A stretch of 64,000 bases of DNA from an uncultured Sandaracinus sp. (GTDB taxonomy: Bacteria; Myxococcota_A; Polyangia; Polyangiales; Sandaracinaceae): assembly GCA_903828805.1 (NCBI GenBank), contig CAIKNO010000330.1:1096-65095 (forward strand), written 5' to 3'. Under the pieces are notes generated by a model that worked only from the letters and a program-made list of their open reading frames with translations, had not been told where the DNA came from and did not search any database. The position numbers were made by a program, and so were the translations under genes. Below, piece by piece: positions 37,586 through 45,281 of the stretch (positions within the stretch are counted from its first letter, which is position 1; the number at the start of each line of letters is the position of its first letter).

Positions 37586-38226
37586 CCGCCGTCTCCAGCG
37601 TCGGGCACGTCACCGTCGGGCACGTCGCCGTCGGGCACGTCGCCGTCGGGCACGTCGCCGTCCAGCGCAGGCGAGGCGTCCCGCGCCGCGCCGTCCGGGT
37701 GCGCGGCATCGGCCGCAGCGCCCCCGTCGAGCGGCTCGAGGGACACGCCCGCCCACGCGGCCAGCGTCCGCCAGCCGAGCGCATCGCGGTCCGCGTACAC
37801 GTTCCGTCCGAGCGCGTCGCGGCCCATGTGCGCGGCCCCGCCCGCCCCGGCCTCGAGCGGCTTGCGGAGCAGCAGCGACTGCGCCGGATCGGAGACGCCC
37901 GCGAGCATGCTGCGGGCCCGGTCGAACGCGGCCCCGCGCTCGGCGTCGCTCGGCGGTGCGTAGCGCGCGGTGCCCGGGTCGAGGCGCGCGCGCCCGGGGC
38001 CGAACACGCGGAAATAACGGGAGGCATCGCCGTGACAAGCGACGAAACCGCAGTCCCGCAGCAGCACCGGATACACCTGCGCGTCGAACACGGCGCGGTC
38101 CGGCGCGGGCGGCTCCGCCGGCAACGCCGCCTCCGTCCCGCAGCCGGCGGCGAGCGCGACCAGCACGACGAGCGCACGCGCGGGCCCGGGGCGCGGGGCC
38201 CGCCCCCGCCGGGCGCTCAGTTGCAT
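37582..38226 (-). CDS. Lipoprotein with CX4CH heme-like motif (Planctomycete-cytochrome-like)
   Basis: LAAGC lipobox; FDAQVYPVLLRDCGFVACHG; SLLLRKPL...AHMG; ATGA overlap with the next gene. Confidence 0.75.
   Translation of the reverse strand: MQLSARRGRAPRPGPARALVVLVALAAGCGTEAALPAEPPAPDRAVFDAQVYPVLLRDCGFVACHGDASRYFRVFGPGRARLDPGTARYAPPSDAERGAAFDRARSMLAGVSDPAQSLLLRKPLEAGAGGAAHMGRDALGRNVYADRDALGWRTLAAWAGVSLEPLDGGAAADAAHPDGAARDASPALDGDVPDGDVPDGDVPDGDVPDAGDGG
37600..37662 (-). repeat. 15-bp tandem repeat x4 encoding DGDVP
   Basis: (GTCGGGCACGTC[A/G]CC) x4 on the + strand. Confidence 0.92.
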
Positions 38227-38423
38227 CCGCATCCGCCCCCTGCACCGCCGAGGCCTCCGGCCGCCCCTTCGCGGACCTCGGTCGCGTGTCCCTCCGCCTG
38301 CAGCAGCTCCGGGCTCGAGGCGAGCTGCATGTCCGGCCGGGACAGCCGCTCTCGCTCGTAGGGCAGGATGGTCGCGCATCCGCCGAGCGTCACGAGCAGC
38401 ACCCACGCCACGTGAAAGGCCAT
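38217..38423 (-). CDS. DUF4266 family small lipoprotein
   Basis: LGGC lipobox, PYERERLS.PDM, REGAAGG..GGGCGCN C-terminus, the hallmark of DUF4266. Confidence 0.9.
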   Translation of the reverse strand: MAFHVAWVLLVTLGGCATILPYERERLSRPDMQLASSPELLQAEGHATEVREGAAGGLGGAGGGCGCN

Positions 38424-38824
38424 TGCGCTCGACGATAATGCAAGCGCCGAGCCCCGCCCAGCGTTCGCTGGACCCTCGGGGCAGACACGCCGGCTCCTCC
38501 TGGCTCCACGCCGACGCAGGAGCGGGCCTGGGCGCGGCGCCTGGCGGTGATCGCGGCCGCGCCGGCGCCTCGCTTCCACCATCGAGCGGAGGAGCATTCG
38601 CGCGACTGGTGTCGCTTCCCGCCTCGAACCGCAGACGCCACGGACCCCCAGCCTCGCTTCCCGCGGGCACCGAGCCGACGACGACGGACGGGGTCCAGAG
38701 GCCCCCTGGGGACGCGGGACCCCAGCCCCCTGGCGGGCCGGGCTGGAGCCACGGCACCTCAGCGCCGAGCCGCCGTCGGCGTGCGACGACGGGTTGGCTC
38801 CACGAATCCCTGACGATTCGCCGC

Positions 38825-38840
38825 TGGCACGGTGGCTGCT
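38825..38840 (+). promoter_or_regulatory. sigma54 (-24/-12) promoter candidate for the cytochrome operon
   Basis: TGGCACGGTGGCTGCT, GG-N10-GC exact, 14 nt upstream of ATG 38855. Confidence 0.65.
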
Positions 38841-38854
38841 GTAGCATTCGGTGC

Positions 38855-40060
38855 ATGCGGACCCTCACCCTGACCACCCTGCTCGGCCTGGCCTGCCTCG
38901 TCGCCGCGGGATGTTCGACGGGCGACGTCTCGATGCGCGCCAACGGGGATGGCGGCGTGACGATGTCGGACGCCGCCACCGGCGAGGCCTCGGCCGAGGG
39001 CTTCTTCGAGACCCGCGTGATGCCGATCCTCGGCGCCGAGGGCAAGGGCTGCGTGAACTGCCACGGCGGCAGCGGCACGGCGCTGGACTTCCTGCGGCCG
39101 AACCCCGACGTCCGCACCCAGTTGCTCGGCACGGCCGGCATCGTCGACCTCGTGAACCCGACCCGCTCCCGCCTCCTGGCGCCGGGCACCACCCACGTCG
39201 GCACGAACCCCGACGCCGACGACGTGACGGTGATGCTGTCGTGGCTCGAGCTCGAGCAGGCGGCGCGCCGCCTGACCGGCCCCGCGGACCAGCGGCTCAC
39301 GACGGACACCGTGGAGGTCGCCTACGGGTTCAACACGCTCTCGCTCGAGCGCCTCGGCAGCACGGGCGCGCTGCGCGGCGCCAGCCTGCACTTCACGGCG
39401 CGGTGGGAAGCGGGCAGCACCGTCGCGGTGTTCAGCGACATGCGCGTGACCGCCGGGCGCGATGGCGTCCGCCTCGTGCACCCGATGTTGACGACGACCG
39501 TGGCCGGCGTCTCCGCGGACGACGAATCGGATCGTTTCGGCGGCCTCGACGTGCGGGTCGAGCCCGGTCAGACCGCCGACCTCGGTCCCGGCTCGGTGTT
39601 CCTGACCGGGTTCCCCGAGGGCTCGCGGCTCTCGTTCCGCTTCGACGCGGTCGAGCCCACCGAGGCCACCACGGTGCCCTCCGACACCGATGGCGGCACC
39701 GTGCTGCCGACGCCGACGCCGACGACGCCGGGCGACGGCTGCGCGCAGCTCGGGGCGTTCCGGATGTTCGCGGCGGGGCCGCTGACGACGAACTGCACCT
39801 CGTGCCACGGCGGCGGCAACCCGCGCGCCACGGCGTCGGTGGACATGCGCGAGGTCGATTCGGCGTCGGACACCGTGCTCGCGACGGGCTGCAACCAGAT
39901 CCTCGGACGCATCCCCGCGACCGCCCCGGAGACCAGCGGGCTCTTCGTCCAGCCGGCGCCCGGCGGTCCGCCCCATCCCTTTCACTTCTCCACCGACGCG
40001 GACTTCGCGCGGTTCCGAGACGGGATCCTGAACTGGCACGCGATGGAGGTGGGACGATGA
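38855..40060 (+). CDS. Diheme c-type cytochrome lipoprotein (two CxxCH)
   Basis: VAAGC lipobox; FFETRVMPIL...CVNCHGG...SRLL..THVG; second domain CTSCHGG...PHPF. Confidence 0.8.
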   Translation: MRTLTLTTLLGLACLVAAGCSTGDVSMRANGDGGVTMSDAATGEASAEGFFETRVMPILGAEGKGCVNCHGGSGTALDFLRPNPDVRTQLLGTAGIVDLVNPTRSRLLAPGTTHVGTNPDADDVTVMLSWLELEQAARRLTGPADQRLTTDTVEVAYGFNTLSLERLGSTGALRGASLHFTARWEAGSTVAVFSDMRVTAGRDGVRLVHPMLTTTVAGVSADDESDRFGGLDVRVEPGQTADLGPGSVFLTGFPEGSRLSFRFDAVEPTEATTVPSDTDGGTVLPTPTPTTPGDGCAQLGAFRMFAAGPLTTNCTSCHGGGNPRATASVDMREVDSASDTVLATGCNQILGRIPATAPETSGLFVQPAPGGPPHPFHFSTDADFARFRDGILNWHAMEVGR

Positions 40061-41304
40061 ACAGGCGCGCGCTGCTCTTGCTGACGACGCTCGCGACCGG
40101 AGCGTGCACGGGCCCTTCGTTCGAAGGAAGCCCATCGCCGACGGCGCCCGACGCCTCCACCGGCACGCCACCGGTCGAGCCCCCGCCCTCCGGCGGCGGT
40201 GCCACGGGCGGCCCGGTGGACGCGGACGGCGACGGATACCTCGACGTCATCGACCCCTCGGGCACCCTGGATCCCGAGTGGGAGGCGAGGCTCGAGGAGC
40301 GGGTCCTCGACCACGGCGCGGCGCTGCGGACCGCCTCGTTGCGCCTCCGCGGCACGCTGCCCTCGATGACCGAGATCCAGTACCTCCGGCGGTCGGCCGA
40401 CCCGAAGGTCGCCTACGAGCAGCTCATCGACGGAATGCTCGAAGAGCCGGTCTTCCATCAGCGGCTGATCGAGTACTTCCGCGACACCTTCCGGATGGGC
40501 GGGGGCGCGCTCGACTCGGCGCCCGTGTTCGCCGCACAGCTGGTCGCCGAGGGCCGCGACTTCACCGAGCTCTTCACCGCCACGAGCGGCACCTGCCCGA
40601 CCTACGACGCCGAGACGGACACCTTCACGCCCGCCGACTGCGACAACGGCGTCGAGACCCACGCCGGCCTGCTCACCCACCCCGCCGTCATGCAGCAGTT
40701 CGCGTCGAACCTCGCGTTCCGGCGGACCCGCTGGGTGCAGGAGATCTTCGTGTGCGCGCCCTTCCCGGCCGAGATCGGCACGGGGCGGGACATCGGCGCT
40801 TCGGGCCTCTACACCGCGCCGTGGTCGTGGGACAGCATCTCGGGCGCCGACAACGGCGGCCGCATCGACTTCCACGACACGAGCTCCGTCATCTGCGCGA
40901 ACTGCCACGCGACGATGAACCACGTCGCCCCGCTCTTCGCGCAGTTCGACGAGCGCGGCATGTGGAGCGCCGACATCGCCGTGCGCCTGCCTCTCGACGG
41001 GTCACCCCTGGCGATGCGGACGGACTGGCTCCCCGAGGGAGAGCCCACGGCCTGGCGCTTCGGCGAGCCTGCGCCGACCCTGCCCGCCCTCGGGATGGCG
41101 CTCGCCGCCGACGAGGACGTGCAGCACTGCACGGTGAGCCGCGCCTGGAACTGGGCGATGGGCCACGGGGACGTCATCAACCAGGCCGCGCTGGTGCCCG
41201 ACGAGGCCGTCGCGCCGATCGTCGCGGAGTACGAGGCGTCCGGCCACGACCTGCGCCGCGCCCTGCGGGCGGTGTTCACCTCGAGCGACTTCGTCCGGTT
41301 CTGA
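40057..41304 (+). CDS. DUF1549/DUF1585-like (PSD-type) lipoprotein with CxxCH and DxDxDG motif
   Basis: ATGA overlap; LATGAC lipobox; DADGDGYLD; LRTASLRLRGTLPS..E; AGLLT; CANCHATMN; C-terminal DLRRALRAVFTSSDF. Confidence 0.75.
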   Translation: MNRRALLLLTTLATGACTGPSFEGSPSPTAPDASTGTPPVEPPPSGGGATGGPVDADGDGYLDVIDPSGTLDPEWEARLEERVLDHGAALRTASLRLRGTLPSMTEIQYLRRSADPKVAYEQLIDGMLEEPVFHQRLIEYFRDTFRMGGGALDSAPVFAAQLVAEGRDFTELFTATSGTCPTYDAETDTFTPADCDNGVETHAGLLTHPAVMQQFASNLAFRRTRWVQEIFVCAPFPAEIGTGRDIGASGLYTAPWSWDSISGADNGGRIDFHDTSSVICANCHATMNHVAPLFAQFDERGMWSADIAVRLPLDGSPLAMRTDWLPEGEPTAWRFGEPAPTLPALGMALAADEDVQHCTVSRAWNWAMGHGDVINQAALVPDEAVAPIVAEYEASGHDLRRALRAVFTSSDFVRF

Positions 41305-41322
41305 ACCCTGGAGAGCACGACC

Positions 41323-42075
41323 ATGAGCCCCTTCTCGACGAAGCACCTCGGCGTCCTGGCCCTCCTCGCCCTCGCGGGCTGCGCGGACACCGCGCTCACC
41401 GGCGGGCGAGTCAGCGGGTCCGCGATGCCCAACGCGTCCGCCGCCGACGACCCCTCCGCGGTGCGCGTGCAGGGCACCTTCTCCCCGGTGGATTCCGCCG
41501 GCGGGATCGTCAACACCTTCCATCACCCCCAAGCGCTCGACGGCGCCGAGGTCGACGACCCGCGCGAAGTCCTGGCGCGCGGCTCCGAGGAAGGACCCAT
41601 CGCCTACACGACGCGTCTCCATGGATGCCGCAAGATGCGCTACGACACCGTCGGTCGGATGCTCGCCGACGTCGGGGTCGACCTCGCGGCGACCGAGACG
41701 ACGAGCGCCGGCGCGCTCTACCGTCGCTCCGACCAGGCCATGGGCGCCCCGAACTATGCCGCCCGCGTCCCGGAGACGATCGAGCTCACGACGGCCAGCG
41801 CCTCGCGCCTCTTCGACGTGCTCGTGCAGGCCGCGCCCGAGGTCATCGCGAACCTCGGCAGCGTGCCCCGCTGCCAGGTCGCCGGCACCGGGGTCACCCT
41901 CTTCGACGCCGACGGACAGTGCAACGCCGACGGCCTGACCTGCCTGCTCGGAGAGCCCGCGTCCGCCGACCACGTCGCCCTCTGCAACGCCGCGCTGAGC
42001 GAATCCCCGACGCCCGAGAAGGGTCAGGTCCTCGCCGTCGCCGCGCTCCTGGCCGCCGCCGCCACCTGCGAATGA
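41323..42075 (+). CDS. Cys-rich hypothetical lipoprotein
   Basis: LAGC lipobox; RLHGCRKMRY; several Cys in the C-terminal half ending TCE; GGAGAG RBS. Confidence 0.75.
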   Translation: MSPFSTKHLGVLALLALAGCADTALTGGRVSGSAMPNASAADDPSAVRVQGTFSPVDSAGGIVNTFHHPQALDGAEVDDPREVLARGSEEGPIAYTTRLHGCRKMRYDTVGRMLADVGVDLAATETTSAGALYRRSDQAMGAPNYAARVPETIELTTASASRLFDVLVQAAPEVIANLGSVPRCQVAGTGVTLFDADGQCNADGLTCLLGEPASADHVALCNAALSESPTPEKGQVLAVAALLAAAATCE

Positions 42076-42085
42076 GGAGACCCCG

Positions 42086-43486
42086 ATGACCGCCCACGAC
42101 GACCGCACCATCGACAGGGACACGCAGCACGCACTCGGCCGCCGCGGCCTGATCAAGCTCGCGCTCGCGACCGGCGCCGCCTACGGGCTCAGCCACGCGA
42201 CGGTGCTCGACATCCTCTCGGACTGCGGGGGCGTCGCGCTCGCCGACGACGCCTGCACCAGCACCAACCGAAGCGTTCACATCGTCGCCGGCGACGGCGG
42301 CTTCGCGTGGTTCCAGCTGCTCTGGCCCCACGTCGACGTGGCGCGGGCGCGCAACGACTCGTTCGCCTGGCACGCGGTGGGCGAGGAGCGCGAGGCCACC
42401 GGCACGGACAAGCCGCTGATCCTCGGGCCCCAGTCGCCCTTCCGCGACGCGCCGGGCCGCCGGCAGATCACCGCGTTCATGTCGGGCAACAACGAGACGC
42501 ACTCGCGCACGCCCTCGTCGAGCTCCCAGGTGGCGACCGGCGCCGACCTCTTCGGGGTCTGCGCCGCGATCCAGACCGCGACGCCCTCGGTCGTGCCGGT
42601 CATCACCGTCGGCGATGCCCCCTTCCGCGGGGCCCCGGGGGCGCCGCGGCCGGCGCGGGTCGGCTCCGCCGACGAGATGGTCTCGCTCTTCAACAGCGCG
42701 GCCTCGCAGGTCGGCGGCGCGCTGCACGACCCCGCGGACGCGCAGCGCTTCTCCGCGCTCTACTCGGGCTTCATGGGCCTGCGCCGCGCCATCGGCCGCG
42801 CGACGATGCGGGCGGGCGCGCAGACTGGACGGCAGTCCGCGGCGCTGCTCGGCCAGAACCTCGCCGACCGCCTGCGGGTCACCGACGCGGACCTCACGCG
42901 GTACGGCGTCAGCGCGACCTCGCGCACGCAGAACGTCGAGCTCGCCCGCGCGCTGATCGTGACCGCGAAGGCGTTCGCGCTGCGCCTGACCTCGCAGGTC
43001 GTCATCCCCGCGTTCCGCGACGACCCGCACGGCGCGTTCAACGACATGGGCGCGCTCGCCCGAACGGTGACGGAACTCGGGCAGACGATCGACGCCTTCC
43101 ACGCGGACTTGGCCGCGCTCCCCGAGCCCGGCTGCGGGACCAGCACGATGGCCGAGAACGTGGTGATGTCGTTCCACGGCGACACCCCGAAGAACCCGCT
43201 GCAGCGCAGCGGCTGGCCCGACGGCACGCCGGGCAACACGAACTGGTGCTACGTGCTCGGCGCCGGAAAGCTCCAGACCGGCTGGTTCGGAGGCATCCGC
43301 CGCGACGGCAACGTGGTCGGCTTCAACCCGACGACCGGCGAGGAGGCCGACATGGGCAGCGGCGCGACCGCCAACGCCGCGGCCGCCGCCATCGCCTACG
43401 CGGTGGCCCGGGGCGACATGCGCCGGGTCAGCGATTTCTACCGGGGCCAGTCGATCGGCGGCCTGATCTACTCGCCCACGACCTGA
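42086..43486 (+). CDS. Tat-exported protein, divergent DUF1501/DUF1552-like
   Basis: LGRRGLIK twin-arginine signal; HIVAGDGGFAWFQLLWP; DDPHG; VMSFHGDTPK...WPDG; GAGGAG RBS. Confidence 0.65.
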   Translation: MTAHDDRTIDRDTQHALGRRGLIKLALATGAAYGLSHATVLDILSDCGGVALADDACTSTNRSVHIVAGDGGFAWFQLLWPHVDVARARNDSFAWHAVGEEREATGTDKPLILGPQSPFRDAPGRRQITAFMSGNNETHSRTPSSSSQVATGADLFGVCAAIQTATPSVVPVITVGDAPFRGAPGAPRPARVGSADEMVSLFNSAASQVGGALHDPADAQRFSALYSGFMGLRRAIGRATMRAGAQTGRQSAALLGQNLADRLRVTDADLTRYGVSATSRTQNVELARALIVTAKAFALRLTSQVVIPAFRDDPHGAFNDMGALARTVTELGQTIDAFHADLAALPEPGCGTSTMAENVVMSFHGDTPKNPLQRSGWPDGTPGNTNWCYVLGAGKLQTGWFGGIRRDGNVVGFNPTTGEEADMGSGATANAAAAAIAYAVARGDMRRVSDFYRGQSIGGLIYSPTT

Positions 43487-43500
43487 GCGCGCGGAGACCG

Positions 43501-44316
43501 ATGCCCATGCGCGCGCGCCCGACCGCTCTGCTGCTCGCCTCGGCGCTGCTGCTCGGCGTCGGGTGCACCTCGGGCACCATCGCCCTGCGCCCGTACGACG
43601 ACGCCGGCGTGGGGCCCTCGGGAGAGGCCGACGCCGCGGCGCCGTCCGCGGCAGCCACCTTCGAAGCGAGCGTCGAGGGCACGCTCACGCGGCGCTGCGC
43701 CGGGTGCCACAGCTCGGTCACGCTCGAGGGGGGCGCCCTCGACTTCCTCCGCCCGAACCCGGACGTGCGGAGCCAGCTCTTCGAGTACGAGGGCATCGTC
43801 GATCTCGTGCAGCCCTCGAGCTCGAGGCTCCTGACCCACGGCGCGCACGCGGGGCCCGCGCTGATGCCCGACGAGTCGACCGCCGTGCGTCGGTGGATCG
43901 CGCTCGAGGTGGACGAGCGCGGGACGATGCCCCCGGAGATGCCGGACCTGAACACCGCACCCATCGTGGTCGGAGACGGCCCGAACGTGCTCACGCTCGA
44001 CCGCATCGGGCTCACGGGCGCGCAGGTCCTGTTCGACGCCACCCGCCTGGTCGGCGGGCTCTTGATCGAGAACCTCCGGGTCGTGGCCGGACCCGCCGGC
44101 GTGCGACTGCGCGGCCCGACCCTGGTCGTATGGGTCGACCGGACGCCGACCGACGCGCCCCTGCCCGAGGGACCGGAGCTGCGGATCGCACCGGACGGCA
44201 CCGCGCCGCTCGGGGCGGGCGGTGCCTCGCTGACCACGTTCCCGGAGGGCGCCGGCCTCGCGATGCGCTTCACGGTCGCCCGCCCGCTCCACGTGGCGGC
44301 CGCGCCCGCGCCCTGA
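43501..44316 (+). CDS. Monoheme c-type cytochrome lipoprotein, paralogue of 38855..40060
   Basis: LGVGC lipobox; CAGCH; LDFLRPNPDVR, GIVDLV, SRLL..HAG and FPEG..L..RF shared with the 38855 gene. Confidence 0.8.
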   Translation: MPMRARPTALLLASALLLGVGCTSGTIALRPYDDAGVGPSGEADAAAPSAAATFEASVEGTLTRRCAGCHSSVTLEGGALDFLRPNPDVRSQLFEYEGIVDLVQPSSSRLLTHGAHAGPALMPDESTAVRRWIALEVDERGTMPPEMPDLNTAPIVVGDGPNVLTLDRIGLTGAQVLFDATRLVGGLLIENLRVVAGPAGVRLRGPTLVVWVDRTPTDAPLPEGPELRIAPDGTAPLGAGGASLTTFPEGAGLAMRFTVARPLHVAAAPAP

Positions 44317-44433
44317 GTCGGCCGTGGGCGCTGGCGCGGCTCGGAGGGCGGGCACCACGCGGCGCCCTGGGCGGGACGATCCCGGCTCCACGCGCGCTTG
44401 AATGGGCCCGCGCGACGGACCACAACGAGCGCC

Positions 44434-45267
44434 ATGCGAGCGGTCGCGTTCGAGAAATTCGAGGGGCTCGGCAACGACTTCATCCTCGTCGAGGCCCCCG
44501 CATCGAGCCTCTCGCGCGCCGAGGTGAAGGACCTCTGCGACCGGCACCGCGGCGTCGGCGCGGACGGCGTGCTCTTCGTCCAGCACGGCGTCGGGCACCC
44601 CTCGATGGCCGTCGTCAACGCGGACGGAAGCGACGCGGAGATGTGCGGCAACGGCCTGCGCTGCGTCGCGCTCTTCCTCGTGCTGCGGGGACGGGTCGCA
44701 GCGCGCGACTTCACCATCGACACCGGCGCCGGGCCGCACGCGGTACGCGTCCTTCAGGCCGGCGTCGAGGGGCGCGTGGAGGTCTCGATGCGGCCTGCGA
44801 GCCTCGCGCCAGAGGAGGTCCCCTGCCTCGCCGTGTCGGCGCTGCGCGATGCCCCGCTCGACGTGCAGGGCCACCGCCTCCGCGTGACCGCGGTCTCGAT
44901 GGGCAACCCCCACGCGGTCACCTTCGACGCGCTCGAGACGACCACCCGTGCCGCGCTCGGACCCGCCCTCGAGGCACACGCCTCGTTTCCGGCCCGGGCG
45001 AACGCCGGATTCGCATCGATGCGCGGCCCGGCCTCGATCGAGCTGCACGTCTTCGAGCGCGGCGCGGGCTGGACGCAGGCGTGCGGCACCGGCGCCTGCG
45101 CGGCCGCCGTCGCGGCGGTCGAGACCGACCGGGCCCCGCGCTTCGCGCCGATCGAGGTCGTGCTGCCCGGCGGTGCGCTCGAGATCGTCGTCGGTCTTCC
45201 CGGCGACCCGGTGCGGATGACCGGCCCCGCGCGCGCCGTGTTCCGTGGCGTGGTGGAGCTGGGCTGA
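44434..45267 (+). CDS. dapF: Diaminopimelate epimerase
   Basis: GLGNDF, GVGADG, NADGSDAEMCGNGLRC, SMGNPH, ERGAGWTQACGTGA. Confidence 0.96.
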   Translation: MRAVAFEKFEGLGNDFILVEAPASSLSRAEVKDLCDRHRGVGADGVLFVQHGVGHPSMAVVNADGSDAEMCGNGLRCVALFLVLRGRVAARDFTIDTGAGPHAVRVLQAGVEGRVEVSMRPASLAPEEVPCLAVSALRDAPLDVQGHRLRVTAVSMGNPHAVTFDALETTTRAALGPALEAHASFPARANAGFASMRGPASIELHVFERGAGWTQACGTGACAAAVAAVETDRAPRFAPIEVVLPGGALEIVVGLPGDPVRMTGPARAVFRGVVELG

Positions 45268-45281
45268 GCCGGGCCCCGCGC

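Noticed and set aside
38567..38700. 42-bp periodic repeats as a possible mini-CRISPR
   Set aside because: Conserved part is only 8-14 bp, the period is too short and there are no cas genes; kept only as a regulatory candidate.
38744..38802. TGGAGCCA...TGGCTCCA inverted repeat with inner hairpins resembling a tRNA acceptor stem
   Set aside because: Only about 59 nt, with no TTC T-loop, D-loop signature or CCA end, so not a tRNA; may be chance GC pairing.
38423..38854. 144-codon in-frame N-terminal extension of the diheme gene in the ORF track
   Set aside because: The lipoprotein signal starts at ATG 38855 right after a sigma54 motif, and the extension has non-coding composition.
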